A stretch of 64,000 nucleotides of DNA from Pseudomonadota bacterium (lineage in GTDB: Bacteria > Pseudomonadota > Alphaproteobacteria > Rhizobiales > Xanthobacteraceae). The notes beneath the pieces were generated by a model. It did no database searches. It saw nothing but the letters and a program-made list of their open reading frames with translations, and had not been told where the DNA came from. This document shows, piece by piece, positions 9,915 to 19,532 of this stretch. The position numbers were made by a program, and so were the translations under genes. Positions within the stretch are counted from its first letter, which is position 1, and the number at the start of each line of letters is the position of its first letter. Where the stretch lies: positions 20,044-84,043 of the forward strand of contig JAEWJH010000110.1 in the NCBI GenBank assembly GCA_023386635.1, written 5' to 3'.

Positions 9915-11285
9915 ATGGACCAGCAGCACAAAGAGCGCGTTGCCCTGAACTCGCTGTTCGCGTCGCTCGGCCTGACCATCGCCAAGGCGATCGTCGGCAT
10001 CATGACCGGCTCACTCGGCATCCTGTCCGAAGCCGGCCACTCGCTGATCGATTTCGGCGCGACGGTGATGACCTTCATTGCCGTGCGCATTTCCGGCAAG
10101 CCGGCCGACGACGAACATCATTACGGCCACGGCAAGGTCGAGGCGATCTCGGCGCTCGCCGAAACGGCGCTGCTGTTCCTGCTGTCGGCGGCGGTCATTG
10201 TCGAAGCCATCCGCCGGCTGTTCTTCCACGATGGCGTGCACGTCGAAGCGACGATCTGGGCGTTCGCGGTCATGATCGGCTCGGTCATCGTCGATTTCTT
10301 CCGCGCGCGGGCGCTGTCACGTGCCGCGAAAGCGACCGGCAGCCAGGCGCTGGAAGCCGATGCCCTCCACTTCTCATCCGATCTGTGGTCGTCGCTCGCC
10401 GTACTGATCGGCCTCGGCGGTGTCTGGCTCGGCCTGCCCTGGGCGGACGCGGTTGCCGCCATCGCCGTCGCGATCCTCATCTGTCTCGTCGGCTGGCGGC
10501 TCGTGCGCCGCACCGTCGATACGCTGACCGATGCCGCGCCGCGCGGCGTCAGGGAACGGGTGGTGGAGATTGCGCGTCGCACGCCGGGCGTCGTTCTGGT
10601 CGAACGTATCCGCGTACGCTCTTCCGGCGAGAAGGATTTCATCGACCTCGACGTGGCGGTCAATCGCGGCCTGCCGCTCGATCGCGTCAGCGCCATCAAG
10701 GATCGTCTCAGCGCAGCGATCCTGAAAGACAGCCCACGCACGGAGGTGAACGTCACCACCGAGCCGCGGGCGGTCGATGACGAGACAATTCATGAAAAGG
10801 TGATGGTGATCGCCCGCAGCCGCGCGCTCGCAGTGCATCACGTGACCGTTCACGAAATCGGCGACCGCCTGTCGGTCTCGCTCGATCTGGAGGTAGACGG
10901 CAAACTGACGCTGGCGGAGGCACATCGCATCGCGGACCACCTCGAAGACGCCATCGAGGAAGAACTCGGCCCGAGCGTCGAGGTGGAGACCCATATCGAG
11001 CCGCTGCAGCCGGTCGATGCCGGCCGCGAAGCCCCGCCCGAGCGGGTCGCCGTGGTCACGGCGGCGCTGGCGGAGATCGCCGCGAGCGGGAAGGTTGTCC
11101 GCGAGGTCCACGATGTCCGGGTTCGCGAAACCGCCGACGGCGAGATCGTCAATTTCCACTGCCGGGTGGACCCCGCTCTTACCGTGGCGATGGTCCATGA
11201 CAAGGTCGACGAGGTGGAACGCGGCCTGAAACGACGCTCGCCGCTGATCAAGCGGGTGATCGGCCACGCCGAACCGATCCGCTGA
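9915..11285 (+). CDS. cation diffusion facilitator (CDF) transporter with three tandem cytoplasmic C-terminal domains
   Basis: The TM region has the CDF signature SLGILSEAGHSLIDF and HFSSDLWSS. Three successive about 80-aa alpha/beta CTD-like repeats follow, ending TTEP, HIEP and HAEP. Confidence 0.85.
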   Translation: MDQQHKERVALNSLFASLGLTIAKAIVGIMTGSLGILSEAGHSLIDFGATVMTFIAVRISGKPADDEHHYGHGKVEAISALAETALLFLLSAAVIVEAIRRLFFHDGVHVEATIWAFAVMIGSVIVDFFRARALSRAAKATGSQALEADALHFSSDLWSSLAVLIGLGGVWLGLPWADAVAAIAVAILICLVGWRLVRRTVDTLTDAAPRGVRERVVEIARRTPGVVLVERIRVRSSGEKDFIDLDVAVNRGLPLDRVSAIKDRLSAAILKDSPRTEVNVTTEPRAVDDETIHEKVMVIARSRALAVHHVTVHEIGDRLSVSLDLEVDGKLTLAEAHRIADHLEDAIEEELGPSVEVETHIEPLQPVDAGREAPPERVAVVTAALAEIAASGKVVREVHDVRVRETADGEIVNFHCRVDPALTVAMVHDKVDEVERGLKRRSPLIKRVIGHAEPIR

Positions 11286-11340
11286 TCCTGTCGATTTTAG
11301 CGTGTCGTCCGGGCTTCCCCTTGCCGGTGCCAGGGCCTAA

Positions 11341-13986
11341 ATGAACGGCATGCGCACCGACACCGCCAAGACCATCCGCCTCTCCGATTATCAGCCGCCC
11401 GAATGGCTCATCGACACCGTCGATCTCGACGTGTCGCTGCATCCGACGACGACGAAAGTCCGCGCCACGCTGCGGCTGCGCCCAAACGGCGGCACCCCGG
11501 CGCCGCTCGTGCTCGACGGCGAAGACCTGACGCTGACCGCCCTGGCCATCGACGGCGAACAGATCGCACCGGAGCGCTACAGCGCCACTGCGGACAAGCT
11601 GACGATCCCGCAGCCGCCGCAAGGACCGTTCTCGCTGACGATCGAAACCGAGATCAATCCGACCGCCAATCTGCAGCTCTCGGGTCTCTACCGGTCGAGC
11701 AACAACTACTGCACGCAGTGCGAGGCCGAAGGCTTCCGTCGCATCACCTATTTCCTCGACCGGCCGGACGTGATGGCGGTCTATACGACGCGCATCGAGG
11801 CCGATAAGGCGGAAGCGCCCGTGCTGCTCGCCAACGGCAATCTCACCGAGAGCGGCGATCTGCCGGGCGGCCGCCACTTCGCGGTGTGGCACGACCCGTT
11901 CAAGAAGCCGAGCTATCTGTTCGCGCTGGTCGGTGGCCGGCTCGGCGTCGTCGAGGACAGCTTTGTCACCCAGTCGGGCCGCACCGTCGCGCTGAAAATC
12001 TATGTGGAGCCGGGCAAGGAAGACCGCTGCGCCTATGCGATGGATTCGCTCAAGCGCTCGATGCGCTGGGACGAAGTCGCGTTCGGCCGCGAATACGACC
12101 TCGACATCTTCATGATCGTCGCCGTGTCCGACTTCAACATGGGCGCGATGGAGAACAAGGGCCTCAACGTCTTCAACGACAAGCTCGTGCTCGCTTCGCC
12201 GCAGTCCGCCACCGATGCGGACTATGCCGCCATCGAGGCGGTGATCGCGCACGAATATTTCCACAACTGGACCGGCAACCGCATCACCTGCCGCGACTGG
12301 TTCCAGCTCTGCCTCAAGGAAGGCCTCACCGTCTTCCGCGATCAGGAATTCTCGTCCGACGAACGTTCGCGTCCGGTGAAGCGCGTCACTGACGTGCGCG
12401 CATTGCGCGCGACGCAGTTCGTCGAGGATGCCGGCCCGCTGTCGCATCCGGTGCGCCCGACGCAGTACAAAGAGATCAACAACTTCTACACGACCACCGT
12501 CTATGAAAAGGGCGCCGAGGTCGTGCGGATGATCAAGACGCTGATCGGCGACGCGGCGTTTCGCGCCGGCATGGACCTCTATTTCGAGCGGCACGACGGC
12601 GAAGCCGCCACCATCGAACAGTTCGTGCAGTGCTTCGCCGACGTCTCGAAGCGAGATATGACGCAGTTCATGCGCTGGTATGCGCAGGCCGGCACGCCGG
12701 AGGTGATCGCCAGCGGCACGCACGATCCGGTGACGCATACCTATCACCTCGAGATCGGCCAGTCCGTCCCGTCGACACCCGGCCAGCTTGCCAAGGATCC
12801 GATGCTGATCCCGCTCGCCTTCGGCCTGATCGGCCCGGACGGCAAGGACCTCGTTTTGCAGGACGACGCCGGGCAGCCGCAGCCGAACGTGCTGGTGCTC
12901 GACAAGCCGGCGCGGAAATGGACCTTCACGGGGATCAAGGAACGACCGGTCCTCTCCATCAACCGTGGCTTCTCCGCGCCGGTGAGGCTCACCGCCAATC
13001 TTTCCACCGATGATCTGCGTTTCCTCGCTGCCAACGACAGCGACAGTTTCAACCGCTGGCAGGCGGTGCAGTCGCTGGCGACCCGCGCGCTGATGGAAAC
13101 GATCACCCGCCTGCCTGCGGGCGGCGCGACGCGGCCCCAGCCGGCGCTGATCGAGGCGCTCGCCGCCGTCCTCGCCGACGACACGCTGGAGCCGGCCTTC
13201 GTCGCGCTGATGCTGGCGCCGCCGAGCGAGACCGATATCGCCCGCGAGATCGGCCGCAACATCGATCCGGACGCCATCTATGCGGCGCGCAAGGCCCTGC
13301 GGGTGATGATCGGTCAGCAACTCGCCCCCGCGCTCGCCGCCGCCTACGCGCGGATGACCAGCACCGCGCCCTATTCGCCGGATGCGGCCGGCGCCGGCAA
13401 ACGAGCGCTGCGCAATGTCGCGCTCGATCTGCTCGCGGCCACCGGCGAAACCGAGGCGTTGCAGCGTGCCGCGAAGCAATATGCCGACGCCGACAACATG
13501 ACCGACCGGCTGGCGGCGCTCGCCACGCTGGCGCAACATCCGGGTTCGGAACGCGACGCAGCGCTTGCGGATTTCTACAAGCGCTATGCGGACAATCCGC
13601 TGATCATCGACAAGTGGTTCTCGCTGCAGGCCTCGATCCCGGAGCCGGAAACGCTCGACCGCGTGCGCATGCTGACCAAGGACCCCGCCTTTGCCATGAC
13701 CAACCCGAACCGCGTGCGCGCGCTGATCGGCGTGTTCGCGCATGGCAACGCCCGCGAGTTCAACCGTGCCGACGGCGCCGGTTACGACTTCGTCGCCGAC
13801 ATGGTGCTGGCGCTCGACGGCGCCAATCCGCAGGTCGCATCACGGCTCGCTACCGCGTTCCGCAGCTGGCGCACCATGGAAGCCGGCCGCCGCGCCAGGG
13901 CCGAAGCGGCGCTGCAGCGCATCAAGGCTGCACCGTCGCTCTCGCGCGATGTGGCCGACATCGTCGAGCGGTCGCTGGCGGGCTAA
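11341..13986 (+). CDS. pepN: aminopeptidase N
   Basis: GAMEN exopeptidase motif and the HEYFHNWTGNR zinc motif (HExxH-18-E); length 881 aa. Confidence 0.95.
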   Translation: MNGMRTDTAKTIRLSDYQPPEWLIDTVDLDVSLHPTTTKVRATLRLRPNGGTPAPLVLDGEDLTLTALAIDGEQIAPERYSATADKLTIPQPPQGPFSLTIETEINPTANLQLSGLYRSSNNYCTQCEAEGFRRITYFLDRPDVMAVYTTRIEADKAEAPVLLANGNLTESGDLPGGRHFAVWHDPFKKPSYLFALVGGRLGVVEDSFVTQSGRTVALKIYVEPGKEDRCAYAMDSLKRSMRWDEVAFGREYDLDIFMIVAVSDFNMGAMENKGLNVFNDKLVLASPQSATDADYAAIEAVIAHEYFHNWTGNRITCRDWFQLCLKEGLTVFRDQEFSSDERSRPVKRVTDVRALRATQFVEDAGPLSHPVRPTQYKEINNFYTTTVYEKGAEVVRMIKTLIGDAAFRAGMDLYFERHDGEAATIEQFVQCFADVSKRDMTQFMRWYAQAGTPEVIASGTHDPVTHTYHLEIGQSVPSTPGQLAKDPMLIPLAFGLIGPDGKDLVLQDDAGQPQPNVLVLDKPARKWTFTGIKERPVLSINRGFSAPVRLTANLSTDDLRFLAANDSDSFNRWQAVQSLATRALMETITRLPAGGATRPQPALIEALAAVLADDTLEPAFVALMLAPPSETDIAREIGRNIDPDAIYAARKALRVMIGQQLAPALAAAYARMTSTAPYSPDAAGAGKRALRNVALDLLAATGETEALQRAAKQYADADNMTDRLAALATLAQHPGSERDAALADFYKRYADNPLIIDKWFSLQASIPEPETLDRVRMLTKDPAFAMTNPNRVRALIGVFAHGNAREFNRADGAGYDFVADMVLALDGANPQVASRLATAFRSWRTMEAGRRARAEAALQRIKAAPSLSRDVADIVERSLAG

Positions 13987-14008
13987 TTCACTCGTCCGCC
14001 AGGACATC

Positions 14009-14052
14009 GAAGCCGCCGGACCGTTGCAAAAAAGACTCACTGCGGCGGCTTC
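14009..14052 (+). terminator. possible stem-loop downstream of pepN
   Basis: GAAGCCGCCG ... CGGCGGCTTC 10-bp inverted repeat followed by CAAAATTTCTGTT. The loop is long (24 nt), so this is weak. Confidence 0.3.
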
Positions 14053-14204
14053 CAAAATTTCTGTTCGCATTTACTAAAAATTATTGACTCGGGACTCTCG
14101 ACAACAGGGTCGCTCTGGATTCAAATCTCGTTGATTCGGAGAGATGCCTCGCATCCCCTCCGGCGGTCGAGTCGGTGGGGTTTTCGAAAATTCTGGGGGC
14201 TTCT

Positions 14205-16520
14205 ATGGCGCGCGCCGAGACGGCGAGTGCGTCCGCGCATGCGGATTCGATCAAGGGCTCGGACTCGATCAAGGGTCTGGCTCAATCCATCGCCAAGCCC
14301 GCTTACCGGCGGCTGCTGCTGGCGGAGCCCGCGCTCCGCCGCGCCGTTCCCGTTCTGATCATCGCGTTCCTGGCGACCATCTGCGTCGGCGCCGTCGTGC
14401 AGGTGCTCGACCATCGCCGCCAGACGCTGCACGAGATGGGCCGCACGCTCGAAGCGGCGGCCGACATTGTCGGCGAGCGGATCGAGCGCGCCGGCACGCT
14501 CGCCAATCCGCAGGATGTGCTCACCCGCGCGATCCCGGCCTGGGCCACCGGCGCGGGCCGCCTCGCCTTGCTCGCCAATGCCGACGGTCTGATCATCGCG
14601 GCGCTGCCGCCGCTCAGCAATCTCATCGGCCGCACGCTGGTCGACGTTCTCGGACCGGCTCAACCGCTGACGACATTCGGCGTCGAAGCGGGCGTCCTCG
14701 AAATCGCGCTGGCGGATGACCTGCGCGCGCTCGCCACCGTGCGCGTCCTGCGCGACACCAAAGCCGGCGGCGACAAGGCACAACGCAGCATCGGCCAGAT
14801 CGCGTTCCTGCAACCGCGCAGCGACGCGCTGTTGTCGTGGCGGTCGCTGACCACCCTCACCGTCACGCTGTCGGCGACGACCGGCTTTGTGGTGCTGATC
14901 CTCGGCTTTGCCTTTCACTGGCAGTCGACCCGCGCGCGCGAAGCCGACGGCATTTTCGAGACGGTACGAAGCCGGATCGACACGGCGCTTAACCGCGGTC
15001 GCTGCGGCCTGTGGGACTGGGACCTCGCCCGCGGCCGCGTCTTCTGGTCGCATTCGATGTTCGAAATGCTCGGTCTTGCCGCCCGCGAAGACCTGATGAG
15101 CTTCGGCGAGATCAGCACGCTGGTGCATCCCGACGATATCCGGCTTTACGAAATCGCGGCTGAACTCACCGAGAAAGGCGGCGGCGCGATCGATCACGCC
15201 TTCCGCATGCGTCACGCCAACGGTCATTGGGTCTGGCTGCGCGCGCGCTGCGAACTCGTGCATCAGTCCGGCGATGCCGGCCCGCATCTGATCGGCATCG
15301 CGGTCGATGTGACTGAACAAAAGCATCTGGTCGAGCGCACCGCCGCGGCTGACCTGCGGCTGCGCGATGCGATCGAGACCATCCCGGAAGCCTTCGTGCT
15401 GTGGGACGCCGAGAACCGCCTGGTCCTCTGCAATTCCAACTTCCAGGAACTGCACAATCTGCCCGACGACGCGATCCGCGCCGGCGCCTCCTATGAGGAC
15501 ATCGTCAATGCCGGCGGGCGGCAGATCGTCCGCCGCCAGGAAAGCCGGAACAACCGCCAGCCCGGCGCCCAGAATTTCGAAGCCCAACTCGCGGATGGCC
15601 GCTGGCTCAATATCAGCGAGCGCCGCACCAAGGATGGTGGCTACGTTTCGGTCGGCACCGACATTACCGCGCTGAAGATGCACGAGGAAAAGCTGATCGA
15701 CAGCGAGAAGCGGCTGCGCGCATCGGTCGATGAATTGAAGATGTCGGAGCGCACGCTCGCCGATCTTAACGACAAATATGCGGCGGAGAAGACCCGCGCC
15801 GAGGAAGCCAACGCAGCGAAGTCGAAATTCCTCGCCAATATGAGCCACGAACTGCGCACGCCGCTCAACGCCATCATCGGTTTCTCGGAGATCATGGAAT
15901 CCGGCATGTTCGGTCCGCTCGGCGCCGACAAATACATGGAATACTGCCGCGACATCCATCAGAGCGGCCAATTCCTGCTCGACGTTATCAACGACGTGCT
16001 CGACATGTCGAAGATCGAAGCCGGACGCATCAAGCTCAATCCGGAAGATATCGACCTCGATCAACTGCTGGCCGAGGCGCTGCGCGTCGTATCGAACCGC
16101 GCCGCCGAGAAGAACCTGACCACCGTGTCCCATATCGACGACGGCCTGCACTTCCGCGCCGACCGGCGCGCCGTCAAGCAGATCGCGCTGAACCTTCTCT
16201 CCAATGCGGTGAAGTTCACGCCGGCCGGCGGGGCGCTGACCGTGCTCGGCCGCCGGCGCGGCGACAGCGTGATCTTCGCCATCGCCGATACCGGCATCGG
16301 CATCGCCAGCGATGCGCTGCGCAAGCTCGGCCGACCGTTCGAGCAGGTGGAAAGCCAGCACACCAAGACCCATCAGGGCTCCGGCCTCGGCCTTGCGATC
16401 GCCAAGTCGCTGGTCGAACTCCACGGCGGCACGATGCGCATCCGCTCGCGGCTGGGCGCCGGCACGATGGTCGTGGTGCGCTTTCCGCTGACCGTCCCCG
16501 CCTCGGCTTCCGCGGCCTGA
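14205..16520 (+). CDS. PAS-domain sensor histidine kinase (PleC/DivJ-type HisKA)
   Basis: TM segments and PAS-like regions (GLWDWDL..., EAFVLWDAENRLVLCN). H-box FLANMSHELRTPLNAIIGFSE, signature KYMEYCRDIHQSGQFLL, G-box GSGLGLAIAKSLV. Start is ATG 14205 or the upstream alternative at 14175. Confidence 0.85.
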   Translation: MARAETASASAHADSIKGSDSIKGLAQSIAKPAYRRLLLAEPALRRAVPVLIIAFLATICVGAVVQVLDHRRQTLHEMGRTLEAAADIVGERIERAGTLANPQDVLTRAIPAWATGAGRLALLANADGLIIAALPPLSNLIGRTLVDVLGPAQPLTTFGVEAGVLEIALADDLRALATVRVLRDTKAGGDKAQRSIGQIAFLQPRSDALLSWRSLTTLTVTLSATTGFVVLILGFAFHWQSTRAREADGIFETVRSRIDTALNRGRCGLWDWDLARGRVFWSHSMFEMLGLAAREDLMSFGEISTLVHPDDIRLYEIAAELTEKGGGAIDHAFRMRHANGHWVWLRARCELVHQSGDAGPHLIGIAVDVTEQKHLVERTAAADLRLRDAIETIPEAFVLWDAENRLVLCNSNFQELHNLPDDAIRAGASYEDIVNAGGRQIVRRQESRNNRQPGAQNFEAQLADGRWLNISERRTKDGGYVSVGTDITALKMHEEKLIDSEKRLRASVDELKMSERTLADLNDKYAAEKTRAEEANAAKSKFLANMSHELRTPLNAIIGFSEIMESGMFGPLGADKYMEYCRDIHQSGQFLLDVINDVLDMSKIEAGRIKLNPEDIDLDQLLAEALRVVSNRAAEKNLTTVSHIDDGLHFRADRRAVKQIALNLLSNAVKFTPAGGALTVLGRRRGDSVIFAIADTGIGIASDALRKLGRPFEQVESQHTKTHQGSGLGLAIAKSLVELHGGTMRIRSRLGAGTMVVVRFPLTVPASASAA

Positions 16521-16526
16521 GCCGCC

Positions 16527-19500
16527 CTACGCCTCCGGCGCGCTGCCGAGGATCCGCACAAAGCTCGCGCGAACCGCTTCCTGTGTGGCGACAAGATCGG
16601 CGTCGAGCGTGGCAAAGTCCGGCACGTCCGCCGCGCGGGCGAGCAAGCGCAGCAGCCCCGGATCGGCCCCCTTTGGTTCGAACGCCGCGGTCAGGCACAG
16701 GCGTAACACCTGTGTCAGGTCCTGATAGAGCCGCACCGCCGGCCGCAGCACATCGGCGTCTTCTTTTGCGAGCAAACCAAGACGCGCGGCGCGCTCCAGC
16801 ACGCGCGCCGTCGATGTGTCGAGAATGTCGGGATGGTGCGCCGCGTGAACCAGTTGCAGATGTTGTGCGATGAATTCGATGTCGATCAGACCGCCATCGA
16901 CATATTTGAGGTCCCAGCGGCCTTTGCTGCCGATCTCGTGGGCGATCGCGCCGCGCATCTCGACCACGTCGCCGGCGACCTGCACCGGATCGCGCTCGCG
17001 TCGCAACACCTGGCCGATGGCGGCGTTGACGCGCTCGGCGAAAGCCGGCGGCGCGGAAACGATCCGCGCGCGGGTTAGCGCCATGTGCTCCCAGGTCCAG
17101 GCTTCGTTTTCCTGATAGCTCTGGAAACCGTCGATTTGCGTGGCCAACGGTCCCGAGCGGCCCGACGGCCGCAGCCGCATGTCCACCTGATAGAGCGCGC
17201 CGTAATTGGTCCGCGAGGTCAGCGCACTGATCAGCCGCTGCGTCAGTCGCGCGAAATATTGTCCGCCGTAAAGCGGACGCGATCCATCGGATTCCGGCCG
17301 CTCCTGATCGAAATCGTAGATCAGGATCAGGTCGAGATCGGACGTGGCGGTCATCTCATTGCCGCCGAGCTTGCCGAGCGCCAGCACCGCCGTCTGTTCG
17401 TCGGGAAGACGGCCGTGCGCGTCGGCGATGCTCGCCGCCACCCGGCCGTGGATCCAGCGGATCACCACGTCGGCAAGCCGGCCGAAAGCCTCGCCTGCCT
17501 GACGCGCCGGCATGGTGCCGGAGAGAATGCGCGCGCCGATCAGGAACATGTGTTCGAGGCCGAACATGCGCACGCGGTCGAGAAAATCCTCCTGCCCGCC
17601 CGCTTCGGCAAGATCGCGCTCCAGCCGCTGCTGCAACGTCGCTTCGTCCGGGAACGCGCCGAAGAACGACGGGTCGACCAGCGCATCCATCACCTGCGGA
17701 TGATGCGCGAGAATATCGGCGAGCCGCGGCGCCATGCCGAGGATCAGCGCCGTCAGCGCGATAAATTCAGGATTCTGCCGCAACAGCGACAGCAGCCGCG
17801 CGCCGCCGCGCAGGCCGGCGAGAAAGCGGTCGAACAGCAACAGCGTCGCATCGGGGTTGCCGGTCTTGCCGAGATGATCGAGCAGCACGGGCAGCAGCGC
17901 TTCGAGCTCCGCGCGCGCCGCTTCGCCGCGCAGCGACCGGTGTTCGCCCGTGAGCCAGGCGCGAATGGTCGCCGATGCTTCGAGCGGCGCCTTGAAGCCC
18001 ATCGCCACCAGCCGGTCGAGCGTCTTGCGGTCGTCCTGATCGGCGGGGAAGACCAGCGCCGGCTCGTCGGTCTGCTCGGCCTCGAACAGCTTGGCGTAGC
18101 CGCGCTGAACCTTGGCCAGATGGTCGAGCAGTTCGGCGGCGAAGGCATCGCGGTTTTCATAGCCGGCGAAGCGCGCGAACCGCTCCATGCTGTCGCGATC
18201 GTCCGGCAGCGTATGCGTCTGGTCGTCGTTCACCATCTGCAATCGGTGCTCGATGGTGCGCAGGAACAGATAAGCCGCCTCGAAATCGGCCCGCGTCGTT
18301 TCGTCGATCCAGCCGCCGGCCGCGAGCCGCGCCAGCGTCACCAGCGTTTCGCGGTCGCGCAATTCCGGATGCCGGCCGCCCGCGATCAACTGCTGCGTCT
18401 GCGCGAAGAACTCGACCTCGCGAATGCCGCCGCGGCCGAGCTTGATGTTATGGCCTTCGACCGCGATCTCGCCGTGGCCTTTATAGGCATGGATCTGCCG
18501 CTTCATCGCCTGCACGGCGGCGACGGCGGCGTAATCGAGATATTTGCGCCAGACGAACGGCGACAGCCCGTTGAGGAACGTCGCGCCGGCCGCCGGATCG
18601 CCGGCGCAAACGCGCGCCTTGATCATCGCTGCGCGTTCCCAGTTCTGGCCAACGCTCTCGTAGTAGTTGAGGCCGCTGGTGACGGAGATCGCGATCGGCG
18701 TTGAAGCCGGATCAGGGCGCAAGCGCAGATCGGTGCGGAATACATAGCCGTCCGCCGTGCGCTCCTGCAGAAAGCGCGCGAGCCGCTGCGTCAGCCGCAC
18801 ATAGAGCTGGCCCGGCACGTCCGTATTCGCCAGCGCCGGCGCTGTGTCGTCGTAAAAGACGATGAGGTCGATATCGCTCGAATAATTGAGTTCGCCCGCG
18901 CCCATCTTGCCCATGGCGAGGACGAAATAGCCGCTGCCGGCGCAGACATCGGTGGGATCGGGCGGCGCGAGTTTTCCGTCGCGGGCGTAGTCGGTCAGAA
19001 GATAGCGCAGCGCGGCATCGACCGCCGTGTCGGCCACCTGCGTCAGGGCGTGCGTCGCCTGCATCACCGGCCACACGCCGCCAAGATCGCACAGCGCAAT
19101 CAACAGCGCGGCCTCGGATTTCATCCGGCGCAGCGCCTGCGTGACTTCGGCATCGTCGGCGGCGGCCGGCACCCGCGCCCCGGTCTCGGCGAGAAGAGTC
19201 GCGAGTTGGGTTTCCGGCTCCGCGTTCAGCAGCCGGACCAGACGGACCGCATCCGTCGACGCGAGGTCCCAGAGATAAGGCGAGCCGTCAGCAAGGCCGA
19301 TCAGCAGCGCGCGGACCGCCGGGCCGCCGTCGAGGATCACACGGAGATCGTCGCTTTCGGAATCGCGAAGCCACGTGTCGAACCGTTCGCGCGCGGCCTC
19401 GTGGTCCGCCAGCAACGGTGCGGTCCCGATCCGCTGACGCAGCGGACCGGCGGAATTACCCGGCAACGATGCGTTGGTCTGCCGCGTCTGCTGACTGCTG

Positions 19501-19532
19501 GTCTCGTTGCTGGTCGTGCGCGGCGGGCTCAT
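16527..19532 (-). CDS. glnE: bifunctional glutamine synthetase adenylyltransferase/adenylyl-removing enzyme
   Basis: About 1000 aa with two nucleotidyltransferase halves (GKMGAGELNYSSDIDLI and GKLGGNEMTATSDLDLI). The start may be downstream, because the ORF overlaps the upstream kinase by 77 nt. Confidence 0.9.
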   Translation of the reverse strand: MSPPRTTSNETSSQQTRQTNASLPGNSAGPLRQRIGTAPLLADHEAARERFDTWLRDSESDDLRVILDGGPAVRALLIGLADGSPYLWDLASTDAVRLVRLLNAEPETQLATLLAETGARVPAAADDAEVTQALRRMKSEAALLIALCDLGGVWPVMQATHALTQVADTAVDAALRYLLTDYARDGKLAPPDPTDVCAGSGYFVLAMGKMGAGELNYSSDIDLIVFYDDTAPALANTDVPGQLYVRLTQRLARFLQERTADGYVFRTDLRLRPDPASTPIAISVTSGLNYYESVGQNWERAAMIKARVCAGDPAAGATFLNGLSPFVWRKYLDYAAVAAVQAMKRQIHAYKGHGEIAVEGHNIKLGRGGIREVEFFAQTQQLIAGGRHPELRDRETLVTLARLAAGGWIDETTRADFEAAYLFLRTIEHRLQMVNDDQTHTLPDDRDSMERFARFAGYENRDAFAAELLDHLAKVQRGYAKLFEAEQTDEPALVFPADQDDRKTLDRLVAMGFKAPLEASATIRAWLTGEHRSLRGEAARAELEALLPVLLDHLGKTGNPDATLLLFDRFLAGLRGGARLLSLLRQNPEFIALTALILGMAPRLADILAHHPQVMDALVDPSFFGAFPDEATLQQRLERDLAEAGGQEDFLDRVRMFGLEHMFLIGARILSGTMPARQAGEAFGRLADVVIRWIHGRVAASIADAHGRLPDEQTAVLALGKLGGNEMTATSDLDLILIYDFDQERPESDGSRPLYGGQYFARLTQRLISALTSRTNYGALYQVDMRLRPSGRSGPLATQIDGFQSYQENEAWTWEHMALTRARIVSAPPAFAERVNAAIGQVLRRERDPVQVAGDVVEMRGAIAHEIGSKGRWDLKYVDGGLIDIEFIAQHLQLVHAAHHPDILDTSTARVLERAARLGLLAKEDADVLRPAVRLYQDLTQVLRLCLTAAFEPKGADPGLLRLLARAADVPDFATLDADLVATQEAVRASFVRILGSAPEA

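Noticed and set aside
11248-13743. 831-aa ORF antisense to pepN
   Set aside because: It is a mirror-frame artefact of high-GC DNA. It is Arg/Gly/His-rich with no motifs, whereas the plus strand carries the unambiguous GAMEN and HEYFHNWTGNR aminopeptidase N motifs.
14121-16424. 767-aa ORF antisense to the PAS histidine kinase
   Set aside because: Same mirror-frame artefact. The plus strand has complete H, N and G boxes.
19456-19532. 77-nt overlap between the glnE start and the kinase gene end, as possible programmed overlap
   Set aside because: It is most simply explained by glnE using a downstream (non-ATG) start. Nothing in the sequence indicates frameshifting.
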